From positions 1-53,402 of the IMG/VR virus record IMGVR_UViG_3300029267_000987: DNA of 53,402 nt; one strand, written 5' to 3'. The notes under the pieces were generated by a model that saw only the letters and a list, made by a program, of their open reading frames with translations, was not told the DNA's origin and made no database searches. Below are positions 16,265 to 25,691 of this stretch, piece after piece (within the stretch, counting starts at the first letter, position 1; every line of letters starts with the position of its first letter). This DNA comes from a virus. Taxonomy: Duplodnaviria > Caudoviricetes. The position numbers and the translations under genes were made by a program.

Positions 16265-19200
16265 CCCCTATCTCTATCTAGGCCTTCTAGTAACAGGTAA
16301 GTAACTTCACCTTCTAAATCCATTCTAAGAGCAGCCTTATGATTCTCTAGGTATAATAGGGTAACTAGGTCATCAGGGAGAGCTATGAAATCTGCTCCTT
16401 TACCATTCCTCCAGGTATTAACATTAGGGATAGGATGGATAGTATGATGAGATGAAGCTAAACCACTAAGTGTTACAGAACGTGGTGCTTTAGTTGGTGA
16501 ATCATACTGTTTATTATCATTAGTGAAGTTATCATCAACAGTTACTTCTCGACCACCAGATATACGTTCATCCAGATACCCATTACTGAAATCATCCATA
16601 TCTATAACTTCAGATATGACACCAGATATAACGGTAGTGGCTATCTCTATCTCAACCTCTGCTGGAGTTCCTGGTGGAACTGAAGGTTCTCCATTAGCGT
16701 TAGTTACATAGACCCTAACTGATTTAGTTCCAGTTGATAACCAGACCCTATCTATATATGGGACAGTGGTAGAGAACCAAACACCTCCATCAACAGACCA
16801 CCAATACAAAGCTGAACCAGTTCCCAATACTTGGTCTTGTGAGTAGAGGAAAGATTCGTTAGCGAAGATACGGACAACTTCATTAACTTCAGCTAATAAT
16901 TTCTCAGATGTTATTATCCATTCAGGGTTAATATCACCTATATCATATGGATATTGATTAGCTATGAAATCAGAGATAAATCCATCCTCACGTTCAACGG
17001 CAAATCTGAAATGTGTTTCACCAGATTTAGAATACATATATGTTGGAGGTCTGTATAATTGAGCACCAGGCGGGATAGTATGAAATTGTAAATCAGAGTC
17101 TAGAAGGTCAAACTCGATTTCATTACCTTCAACAGATGTAAGCTCAACCAGCCACGCATGAAATCCATCCATCCAAACTAGTTTATCGCCTGGAGCTAAA
17201 TCACCTGTATCTGTTAATGTTGTAATATTACCTAATACATTATCATATCCAGTTAGTGATTCATATACATCATCAGTAGAACCACGACCACCATCTCCAA
17301 ACTTGAAGTGGATACGAACAATCTTCTGTCTAACTATACATATGATAGTTTTAGTAACATATTCATAATAAGCAGGGAAGAACGGCCCTACATCTATTAT
17401 CTTTAGAAGATTATTATATCCAGGAAACGTGCCTATATTATAAACTTCTTGTATCCTAAGTCTCTCTGATATAGGCACATCCTCATCTGCCAGAACTATA
17501 TCTTGTCCAGCTAGATAATCAACATAATACTCTTCAGCGGTAAATTCCAGATAACGATAGCTCCCTATTACAAGACCACCAGTAGATAGGTGGCGATAGA
17601 AGCGATTTTCATCTACGACAAGTAATGACCAGTCATCTCCTAATGTATAGAATGCCCAAGTATTAGGCGAGACTCCAGTAAGCTCTGCCACTGTATCTGA
17701 TTGACCAGTCCACGCTCCACCGCCAGGAGCATCTACATACCATTTCTTACCTATATCAGCTGGAACTAATCCACCAGGGGGGCTAGACAAATCTTTATCT
17801 TCTACCTGATGAAAGACAGCTATCCTAACCCTATCTCCAACCCACCAGGTATCTACTCCAGCTCCAATAGGCCAAAGTTCTTGCATAATCAGATGGGATA
17901 TGCCTGAGCCTTGAATGAACCCTCCGCTTAGTGAACCTCTGAAACCATTATACCAGGCTAGAGTTGGGCCTAATGAACGAGCTAAGGCATCCCAAACATC
18001 TAAGACTGCTGGACGATAAGCTAGAGCATAGTTCGTTTTATACGGATAAGATTTAGCCCTGCCTATCAATGTAGATAGATACAACCAAGCTTCTGTAAAA
18101 TAAGGGACAGATTCTTGAAGAGGAAGATATCCAGGTTGCATATACTCATGCACAACTTCCTTAGATTTATCAGACGATACGAATGTAGGATAAATACTAT
18201 CAAAATCTTGAGATAGAGCAGAATAGAGTTTATAGGAACTAAATTCGATATCTTCTGAAGGAGACCAAGTAATCTTACCCAAAACTTCTCCAAATTCGGA
18301 TGTTTCTACCTTAAGGTCTTTAGCAGGGGTAATTTCTAAGTCCCATTCTTCAGCTTCCTGCAATTTCCAGAGTATAGATATAATGGGTCGAGCTTTAATA
18401 TCTGTTTCGCCATCAATCTTAACTTGACCCCATAGTTCTTGTGTGAAAACATCAGTAGGGTCTAAGGCATTTGGAGCAGTAGCAGTCCCAGAACTACGGT
18501 GATTAGGGCCAGTAAGATATAAAACCTTCTGCCAGTCATCATCAACATTAGTGTCATGTCTAGACCATAGAATAAAAGTTTTCTCCTGACCACCTGTCCA
18601 TCCATCAGCATAACACATTGGAGATAGATTCAAGGCCCACCATTTAATATCGTGTACTGGATTAGCCCCATTGCATCTCATTTCAGTAGAGATAGATAGT
18701 TCCAAGACAGTCGCAGCTCCCCCACCACCCATAGGAACTCTAGAATCAGTCATAAAATTCTGGTCTTTAACTTTCAGGTCTGTGACTGCTGACCCATCCC
18801 ACTTCTTCCCATTAGCTAATTCAGAGAACCACTTTTCATAATCATGAGATGGGGCACTACCTTCAATGTCTGTTGAGTAATCAGCTAAATCATCAAAATT
18901 ACCAAATTTAGCCTTAGTTTCTGTTTCACCAGATGCAACACATGGAAGTAAATCTCTATCAGGAAACGTAAGCTCATCAATTACAGAATTAGATTCTGAG
19001 TAAGGAATCCACAGCATAATCTGTCTAGGATACATGCCTTTCTGAGGTGGTTCAGGTATTTTTATCTTCGCTAGAATTCTCCATCTAAATGGATGAAACA
19101 TAGCAACATCATCTTCAAAACCTAGTTTGTAGACAACATCTAAGTACTCAGGTCTACAATCCATCTTACCTCCGCTACCAGGATCATTCACGTAACCCAT

Positions 19201-19323
19201 CTTAATAGATTCCATTAATATCTTAAATCGTGAACCTTTATCAGCATCCCCATAGATTCCATCCTTTCTCCAATCCTTAGATGCCAGATAGTGTTTAATA
19301 ACTTCATCATCTTCAACAGCCAT
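16210..19323 (-). CDS. large multidomain tail protein (FN3-like, DUF2793-like, PKD-like, C-terminal Dit-like)
   Basis: Follows the tape measure; ITWSPSEDIEFSSYKLY (FN3-like), DKDLSSPP...GGAWTGQ...DENRFY (DUF2793-like), YSKSG and WLSTGTKSVRVYVTN (PKD-like). Confidence 0.65.
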   Translation of the reverse strand: MAVEDDEVIKHYLASKDWRKDGIYGDADKGSRFKILMESIKMGYVNDPGSGGKMDCRPEYLDVVYKLGFEDDVAMFHPFRWRILAKIKIPEPPQKGMYPRQIMLWIPYSESNSVIDELTFPDRDLLPCVASGETETKAKFGNFDDLADYSTDIEGSAPSHDYEKWFSELANGKKWDGSAVTDLKVKDQNFMTDSRVPMGGGGAATVLELSISTEMRCNGANPVHDIKWWALNLSPMCYADGWTGGQEKTFILWSRHDTNVDDDWQKVLYLTGPNHRSSGTATAPNALDPTDVFTQELWGQVKIDGETDIKARPIISILWKLQEAEEWDLEITPAKDLKVETSEFGEVLGKITWSPSEDIEFSSYKLYSALSQDFDSIYPTFVSSDKSKEVVHEYMQPGYLPLQESVPYFTEAWLYLSTLIGRAKSYPYKTNYALAYRPAVLDVWDALARSLGPTLAWYNGFRGSLSGGFIQGSGISHLIMQELWPIGAGVDTWWVGDRVRIAVFHQVEDKDLSSPPGGLVPADIGKKWYVDAPGGGAWTGQSDTVAELTGVSPNTWAFYTLGDDWSLLVVDENRFYRHLSTGGLVIGSYRYLEFTAEEYYVDYLAGQDIVLADEDVPISERLRIQEVYNIGTFPGYNNLLKIIDVGPFFPAYYEYVTKTIICIVRQKIVRIHFKFGDGGRGSTDDVYESLTGYDNVLGNITTLTDTGDLAPGDKLVWMDGFHAWLVELTSVEGNEIEFDLLDSDLQFHTIPPGAQLYRPPTYMYSKSGETHFRFAVEREDGFISDFIANQYPYDIGDINPEWIITSEKLLAEVNEVVRIFANESFLYSQDQVLGTGSALYWWSVDGGVWFSTTVPYIDRVWLSTGTKSVRVYVTNANGEPSVPPGTPAEVEIEIATTVISGVISEVIDMDDFSNGYLDERISGGREVTVDDNFTNDNKQYDSPTKAPRSVTLSGLASSHHTIHPIPNVNTWRNGKGADFIALPDDLVTLLYLENHKAALRMDLEGEVTYLLLEGLDRDRGWEEREKRNWSARFNIVE

Positions 19324-19331
19324 AATATCAC

Positions 19332-20339
19332 CTACCTCAGGAACGCCTGTCTCCTGACCGAGTTGTTAGTTTCTCGATAGAGTGTTGCAGGTCTATCAGC
19401 TCTAACATTAAATGTAGCTCTCTCTATACTCACACCAGCTCCACCACCACCGCCATCTAGTAATCTCCTACCAGATGGGGAACGTAAGGGAATAACAGCT
19501 TCAGGGCCTAATTCACCTATTGTGGCATTAGTTCTACCCATAGCAATTCCACCACGCCATAGACCAGTAGTCCTCATCATAGATGCAACTGATGCCAGGA
19601 TGAAGGTTATGACTGCCAGGGTGGCTCCAGCTGCAATCCATCCAGCAGGCCCCCAAGATGCGGTGAAAGCTAGATTTGCAGTAGTAGCAGCCCATGTCTT
19701 AACAGCGTAAGTAATCATAGCTGCTCCAAGAACAGATAGAGCAGCCCGGGCAGGCCAACTATTAGTTATGAAAGCACCAAAGATAGCTGCAAGACCACCC
19801 ATAGCTGCCATTACCATAGAGATGTTTACAAACAGACCTTTGAAGGAACTACTTAGCAGACCATTAGCCTGAGTTACCTTGACAGTTCCTTTAACATACG
19901 CCATTGTGGAAATCTCCTGCCACATCATAAATAGCTGATAAGCCGAAGCAGCGAAATTGATTACAGATGCAACCATCTGGATAGGAGCTACAACTTCTGT
20001 AATCTTACGAGCAGTTTCTTCAGAGAACATACCTGACCGTTGTAAGTTCCAAGAAAGACCTAGAAGGGACATATTTAGACCAAGAACAGCCATATTAGCT
20101 CTATGAACTGTTCGCATATTCCCCTTAGTAGCAACATCGAAGTTACGAGTCTGAGTAGTAGATTCCTGAACAGCACCAGAGTATCGTTGTTCATTCTGGA
20201 TAGTTTCTGTTTTCTGAACATTGTAGTCACGCAGAGCTACTTGACCTTGGCGAACAGCAGGAAGATTTTCTGCTTCATATCGCATAACAAATGAGGTTTC
20301 CCATCTGTTTCCTTTTGGCCCTCTAGCTCCTTCCGGCAT
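19332..20339 (-). CDS. tail tape measure protein (short)
   Basis: Ala/Gly-rich hydrophobic helices; C-terminal GGI...ATIGELGPEAVIPL; lies after the tail chaperones. Confidence 0.8.
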   Translation of the reverse strand: MPEGARGPKGNRWETSFVMRYEAENLPAVRQGQVALRDYNVQKTETIQNEQRYSGAVQESTTQTRNFDVATKGNMRTVHRANMAVLGLNMSLLGLSWNLQRSGMFSEETARKITEVVAPIQMVASVINFAASAYQLFMMWQEISTMAYVKGTVKVTQANGLLSSSFKGLFVNISMVMAAMGGLAAIFGAFITNSWPARAALSVLGAAMITYAVKTWAATTANLAFTASWGPAGWIAAGATLAVITFILASVASMMRTTGLWRGGIAMGRTNATIGELGPEAVIPLRSPSGRRLLDGGGGGAGVSIERATFNVRADRPATLYRETNNSVRRQAFLR

Positions 20340-20341
20340 AT

Positions 20342-20584
20342 CTAACCACCTTGTGACTCTAGTTGTTCCTTCTCATATTTGCCCATCTCGGACATGATTT
20401 GTGCTATTCTCCTATAATCAGAAACGGGTAGCTCGTATAGTGCATACGGGTAAGGGTTAATACCCCTATCTAATAGAACCACAATATCAAAAGCATAGTC
20501 TATATCTACATCATAGTCTGGACATAGTAGACAATCTATGCTTTCTGGATTCTTTTTATCTGCACACCGTATGCACTGTCTGAT
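20342..20584 (-). CDS. -1 frameshift extension of the tail assembly chaperone (gpGT-like)
   Basis: Open -1 frame of 80 codons (IRQCIRC...ESQGG) starting at slippery A-AAA-AAA (20590-20584) and ending just before the TMP start. Confidence 0.75.
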   Translation of the reverse strand: MRQCIRCADKKNPESIDCLLCPDYDVDIDYAFDIVVLLDRGINPYPYALYELPVSDYRRIAQIMSEMGKYEKEQLESQGG

Positions 20585-21195
20585 TTTTTTCTTTCTATCC
20601 CTCCTGAAGATAATGCGTTCTGATACTCCATTATACGATTAATAATCTCTTGGGGTGGAAGGGGTTCTACATCTTCTTCAAACAGAGATATGATGTGCTC
20701 TATCATACTCACATCTTCCTTATCACCCATCATCTGGATTTCATCAATAGACCTAGACAGGAGATTGGTAATTATGGAATCTTGGTCTAACCACCATGAA
20801 ATAGACTTCAGTTCCCTATCATCATCCTTATCCTCTACTGGGACTAAGACACATAATGAAAGGCGTTCAGCAGTATACATGGTAGATTCAAGCATATCTT
20901 CCTTCTTACCATCAATCTCATACGTCTTTACGATAGTAAGTTCTTCTGAAAACTTATCTATATCATCCTGTATAGCTCTAGTCTCCTCTATATAATCTTT
21001 ACGAGAAATCAGCTTATCATTAAAAGCCTTCTCCGATTTACTCAGTTGATTATATAGAGTCATCATTTTAGCAGAATTGCGAATAACTTTATATTTCCTT
21101 TCTAATTCATCCTGCTTCAATTTCGATAGCTGCCTCACCCAAAATTTATCTTCTCCGATATGCACCTCTGCTAATCGTCTATCCTGGTATCCCAT
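20536..21195 (-). CDS. tail assembly chaperone (gpG-like)
   Basis: Position between tail tube and TMP; slippery heptamer near the 3' end. Confidence 0.75.
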   Translation of the reverse strand: MGYQDRRLAEVHIGEDKFWVRQLSKLKQDELERKYKVIRNSAKMMTLYNQLSKSEKAFNDKLISRKDYIEETRAIQDDIDKFSEELTIVKTYEIDGKKEDMLESTMYTAERLSLCVLVPVEDKDDDRELKSISWWLDQDSIITNLLSRSIDEIQMMGDKEDVSMIEHIISLFEEDVEPLPPQEIINRIMEYQNALSSGGIERKKSDSAYGVQIKRIQKA

Positions 21196-21214
21196 TGACT
21201 ACACCTCAAATGTT

Positions 21215-22696
21215 CTATACTATTTTACCTATCTTGCCAGACCTCAGATTAGATATCTGGAATGAAATCTCATCTTTGATAACCTCGCTCTCTGACTTGA
21301 GATTATCATTAGGATTAGACTTAATCATTCCTTCGAAATCTATCAGGAAGTCTATAAGATAGTCTTTATCGTAAGCTAGTTGTAACTCTTGTCTAAACCA
21401 CAAATCTTCATTTGATTCATAGTTAAGCATGAATCCAATCTGGTCGAGAGTCTTTCTCTCAAATGTGGCTTTACCTTGATAATCAGAACCACCTGCTACT
21501 GCTGTGGTAGGACTACCTTCACCAGACCGTATATCGCCCAGAACTAATCCATTGTTGTTGAACTCCAGCTCCATAGAGACAATACGTCTAGGCTTATGGA
21601 AATCTCCTGTCTGTTGAACAGTATCTCCCTCAGTCCAATTCACACCAAGAGGAGTTGCTGGATTGATGTCAATAGTCTTGTTAGCTGTATCAATACTTGT
21701 AATGACAGTATCAAACGTATATCCAGTAGCTTCTAATGTGAATCTAATCTCGTCATCATCCTCTAGACCTAAGACAGAGGTTAATGGGATATTTGAACTT
21801 TCACCAGGGCCGACAGGTTCCTTTAGATACATTCCATGGTAGAACTTCATCTGGGTATGTCCATGAGAACGTAGAGAGTATTTCTTATAGACAACATCAG
21901 GAGATAGGGTGTTGTCGGGTAGACCCAGTATAAGGTCTTTATACAGAACTTCATATGTCTCAGATATATGGGAATGTAAATCCTCTTCAAAATTCTGACT
22001 AAATTTTGAGACTATACATCCCTTAACAGTCCTATCATAGTATCTATTAACAGAATAGAAAAGAGAGAAGGACTTAATAGCTGAAGATGTGGGGCTACGG
22101 ATGTTAATAGAACCAGAACCATCAGTAGGTATCTTACCATCAGGTGTAAGACATAATGCCTTTAGAGAGGAGAATGCATAGAAATTGTCATCATACTTAA
22201 AGAAATCCTGGCCTGATTCCATCTCAATCTCAAAGTTACCCATCTTACCTCCATCAAGCGGATAAGATTTATACTGAGAATTACCAACCTGACCCTCAAT
22301 CATTCGACCTCTATCCAACTCATTCTTTCCAGATATAACTCTTCCCTGAATAGGAATGGGTATCAATTTAACGGGGTCACCAGCCTGGTAATCATTAGGA
22401 AGGGGTGGTTCAATATCTATAAGATTGGGGTCTGTTATACCAGTTATGATATGCTTAGATGTATCAGAGCTACCAATCTTCTCTATCTGGATACGAAGAT
22501 AAAGGAGCAAGTCATCATCTCTAGTATAACCAGTAAAATATGTAGTGAAATTAGGGGTTACTCCTATTTGGGATACGCCAGTTAAATATGGTCCATCTAA
22601 TTCAAACCCAGTCATAGGGACTCCATAATCTAATTCAGGCAATAAGCCTATCGGCCTCACGTTACTTTGGGTGTCTAACTCTACCATTTCCATCAC
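21215..22696 (-). CDS. tail tube (major tail) protein with inserted beta domains
   Basis: Position; tube-like segments VKGCIVSKFS and IVSMELEFNNN; long for a tube protein. Confidence 0.65.
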   Translation of the reverse strand: MMEMVELDTQSNVRPIGLLPELDYGVPMTGFELDGPYLTGVSQIGVTPNFTTYFTGYTRDDDLLLYLRIQIEKIGSSDTSKHIITGITDPNLIDIEPPLPNDYQAGDPVKLIPIPIQGRVISGKNELDRGRMIEGQVGNSQYKSYPLDGGKMGNFEIEMESGQDFFKYDDNFYAFSSLKALCLTPDGKIPTDGSGSINIRSPTSSAIKSFSLFYSVNRYYDRTVKGCIVSKFSQNFEEDLHSHISETYEVLYKDLILGLPDNTLSPDVVYKKYSLRSHGHTQMKFYHGMYLKEPVGPGESSNIPLTSVLGLEDDDEIRFTLEATGYTFDTVITSIDTANKTIDINPATPLGVNWTEGDTVQQTGDFHKPRRIVSMELEFNNNGLVLGDIRSGEGSPTTAVAGGSDYQGKATFERKTLDQIGFMLNYESNEDLWFRQELQLAYDKDYLIDFLIDFEGMIKSNPNDNLKSESEVIKDEISFQISNLRSGKIGKIV

Positions 22697-23419
22697 CTAT
22701 GTATATTCAGGTTCAACTCTTACTCTCATTTCAACGCTAGATTGATGTAAATAAACATTCTCAAGTCTCTCATCAGGCATCTTAACATCTGTCACATCTG
22801 TATCTACTATCCCTAAGTTACCTGATAATGTAGGATTGTTACGTATATAATTGACTACCTTATATATAAAGGTTTCATGCCGTTCATATCTGATAGCTTT
22901 ACGTAAATCATCTATAAACATAATAGATATTCGTTCATCATACTGAATATCATTCTCTCCAATCTGTGCAAAGTTCACACCAGCGTTAGGACATACAACT
23001 AGATACTGTGGTCTGGTAGTTGTAAATCTTTCAGGCTTCCTAACAATCTTGGCTACCTTTACATATGTTTTCAATGTTGGCTCTGTTTCCAACCATTGTA
23101 TGAGAAATTCTAGAATAGGGAGGAAGGGAGCTTGTGGTTCAGTAACTGTCAGATAAGTTGAGTGAGTCTGGATATCACCATTATCGCCAAGTAATATCAA
23201 ATCAGCATCTTCACATTGACCAGGCATCCACCCATAATAGGTTAATTTCCAACCATTAGCAACAGTCTTATCAACCCTTAATGGATAACAGAAGCCATTA
23301 CAGACAACCCATCCCTGACTAATATTAGGGTTTACTACACGTATATCTATTGACTCCTCTAATCTAACTGATTGAGGCCCAGCCGGTGTGAATCCAGAGA
23401 ATACCATGCTAACTCCCAA
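22697..23419 (-). CDS. putative tail terminator/completion protein
   Basis: Synteny immediately before the tail tube; C-terminal alpha/beta domain with IRNNPTLSG. Confidence 0.5.
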   Translation of the reverse strand: MGVSMVFSGFTPAGPQSVRLEESIDIRVVNPNISQGWVVCNGFCYPLRVDKTVANGWKLTYYGWMPGQCEDADLILLGDNGDIQTHSTYLTVTEPQAPFLPILEFLIQWLETEPTLKTYVKVAKIVRKPERFTTTRPQYLVVCPNAGVNFAQIGENDIQYDERISIMFIDDLRKAIRYERHETFIYKVVNYIRNNPTLSGNLGIVDTDVTDVKMPDERLENVYLHQSSVEMRVRVEPEYT

Positions 23420-24038
23420 AGTATAATTGTAGATAATTCTGCCAGTAGTTTTGAGTAACAGAATCTATACGTGCGTGTTCATCTTGAGTCATCTGTTTAT
23501 CAGAGAATAGGAAGGGCCGTGGTGGTATAGTTGCACCTTCATCAGCTGTTCTAAGTGCAGACTCCCATTTCCCAGGTTGAGCTTCCCAAGCGAGAAAACC
23601 AACGTCAGACGCAAGACGAGTTCGAGGTCTAGTTTGAGCACCACCAGATAGAATCTTAGCCAAATCATATGTGACATTCTTACTATCTACTGCCATACGG
23701 GATGTCCCGAAGGAGAAGTAGGTATCAGCATACCGCCTGATAGCATATTTAGCAGCGGAATTGGTTAGAGAACGAAACAACGCACCAGACCTAACTAATG
23801 GCTGACTTCCATGCTTAACGTATTCACCAAGATAAGAATCATAGGATGTAGCCCAAGTTCTTTGTTTAGCCTGGTGACCACCAGAATATATCCTTTCGGA
23901 CATGATAGCCTCAAGAGTAACATTGACAGATTCGAAATAAGAACGTAATGCTTGTCCTCTAATTGAATCTGGGAGCTGTTCTATCTTTGCCATATACTCC
24001 CCTAACTCATCTTTCCTAACTACCAAAACTACTGTCAC
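23409..24038 (-). CDS. neck protein, HK97 gp10/Mu gpG-like
   Basis: LVRSGALFRSL and TIPPRPFL motifs; synteny. Confidence 0.7.
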   Translation of the reverse strand: MTVVLVVRKDELGEYMAKIEQLPDSIRGQALRSYFESVNVTLEAIMSERIYSGGHQAKQRTWATSYDSYLGEYVKHGSQPLVRSGALFRSLTNSAAKYAIRRYADTYFSFGTSRMAVDSKNVTYDLAKILSGGAQTRPRTRLASDVGFLAWEAQPGKWESALRTADEGATIPPRPFLFSDKQMTQDEHARIDSVTQNYWQNYLQLYFGS

Positions 24039-24862
24039 CAGTCCACATCTCCATCTGCTTGTATGTTTTTCAGAATCTCCATAGCTTCATCTTTCAATTG
24101 GTTTATGTTAGTCATAAATTCTCCACCACCTGATATGGAGTAATCTATGAATCTCTGATAGCAGTCCTTCTTTACTCTATTGATTATAAATCTACGGACA
24201 TGCTCATAATCTGGAATGATTACATTATTCAGACGGCGAATCAACCAATCTATAACCTCATCTGTTCTATGTTTGATAAATTCGTTAATTACATCTTCTG
24301 TAACATAATCTGCATCATCAGGAAAGATAACTTCATCTTCTATCAATTGTTCCATATTCAGGTCTATATCGTTGAAGAGAACAAACTGAGGTATCATAGC
24401 TACTTTAAAAGCATCCTGATAGTCTATAATATCTGCTGAAGTTTGAGGATACATCTGGATTACGGCAAAACAGAGTTCACCATCTACTATATCTGTCTCT
24501 GTTCTAGTCATAGTCACTTTGATTGGGAACATCTCTCCAGCATCCATACTGAAAGTATCACCATCAGCTACCACGACACCATTGACAGTAACTACAACAG
24601 TCCATTCAGTAGATAGCTTACCAATCTTAATCTTAACTCCCATAGTATCAGATTCAGACTGGTCGTCATTAAATATCATACCATACATTGAGTAAGATTC
24701 AGGGCCAGTAATAGGTCTAGGCATCATCTTAGCAACAGTCTTACGCTCATCTAGCCTATGCCTATCTGTATTCTTCATAGACTGTGCATCCTCCTCAGAC
24801 ATCAGTCTCTGATAAACATGCCTACCTTTAGAGTCAATAACTATATTAGGTCTAGCAGTCAT
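24035..24862 (-). CDS. putative head-tail adaptor with N-terminal extra domain
   Basis: Helical C-terminal domain (VINEFI...TDEVIDWL...EAMEILKNI) and synteny. Confidence 0.5.
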   Translation of the reverse strand: MTARPNIVIDSKGRHVYQRLMSEEDAQSMKNTDRHRLDERKTVAKMMPRPITGPESYSMYGMIFNDDQSESDTMGVKIKIGKLSTEWTVVVTVNGVVVADGDTFSMDAGEMFPIKVTMTRTETDIVDGELCFAVIQMYPQTSADIIDYQDAFKVAMIPQFVLFNDIDLNMEQLIEDEVIFPDDADYVTEDVINEFIKHRTDEVIDWLIRRLNNVIIPDYEHVRRFIINRVKKDCYQRFIDYSISGGGEFMTNINQLKDEAMEILKNIQADGDVDW

Positions 24863-25207
24863 CTATTTGCCCCCATTCTTAATCATTATGTCTCTCATTT
24901 CTCTCAGATATTCATTTGACTTAGACTGTTCAGTAGCCATATTCTGAAAGCAATTAAGAGTAGCTTGATGATTTAGTTCCTGTTTGTTCTTGATAGTATA
25001 GACAGCAGATTTAGTTTCCTGCATATCTCTTGAAACTAGTTCTTCATGTGTAGTAGGTTGAGGCAACTTATTCTTATTACCATTAGCCTTAATACGGGTA
25101 TGTAATAGACCAATACCAATACCAGAGAGTTTATATAGTATCAGGATAGCAAAAGCCATACCTGCAAAGAAAGCTGCTTCAAATGCACCTACATCCATAC
25201 TAGTCAT
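24863..25207 (-). CDS. membrane protein, possibly holin-like
   Basis: N-terminal hydrophobic helix AFFAGMAFAILILYKLSGIGIGLL plus coiled coil. Confidence 0.5.
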   Translation of the reverse strand: MTSMDVGAFEAAFFAGMAFAILILYKLSGIGIGLLHTRIKANGNKNKLPQPTTHEELVSRDMQETKSAVYTIKNKQELNHQATLNCFQNMATEQSKSNEYLREMRDIMIKNGGK

Positions 25208-25550
25208 TCCTATGCTCCATCAGATACCTCCGCCTTCTTCTCCGCCCTTTCAAGGTCGCCATAATTGTAGCTTGAGAATCTTGTTCCGGCGATTCTTCTT
25301 CTGAGGTTTTTTTTTCTTTCTCTCTTTCCTTATCTGGTTCTTCTTCATCAGATGATTTCTCTTCCTGCTTCTCCTCTTCAACTAGTTTCTCTTCAGCGGG
25401 TTGTTCATCATCAGCAGACTCACCACTACCCCATTTAGCTAGGACAGCTTCAGCCTCCTCTTTATTGAGGGGCCAACTCAGACCCATGTGATTCTCTGGG
25501 TCTTTTTCCTTTATCTCTTTCCATAACTGAGAAATCGTTGGCATATTCAA
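25200..25550 (-). CDS. low-complexity charged protein with poly-Arg C-terminus
   Basis: GGAGG RBS; acidic middle; GRRRRRR near the end. Confidence 0.6.
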   Translation of the reverse strand: MNMPTISQLWKEIKEKDPENHMGLSWPLNKEEAEAVLAKWGSGESADDEQPAEEKLVEEEKQEEKSSDEEEPDKEREKEKKTSEEESPEQDSQATIMATLKGRRRRRRYLMEHRND

Positions 25551-25690
25551 GCCTCCTTTTCTAGTTCAGCAATTCTCTTCTTAACCCTATCATATCCTCT
25601 ATCTTTCTTCTTCATCTTACTAAGCTGTTTGCGAAGAGTTTCAAGGGCACTCTGTTTATGTGGGTTCTTCAGTTTCTTTTTTTTAGCCAT
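25547..25690 (-). CDS. very basic 47-aa protein (not in ORF track)
   Basis: AGGTGA RBS; MAKKKKLKNPHKQ...RIAELEKEA fills the gap exactly. Confidence 0.6.
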   Translation of the reverse strand: MAKKKKLKNPHKQSALETLRKQLSKMKKKDRGYDRVKKRIAELEKEA

Positions 25691-25691
25691 C

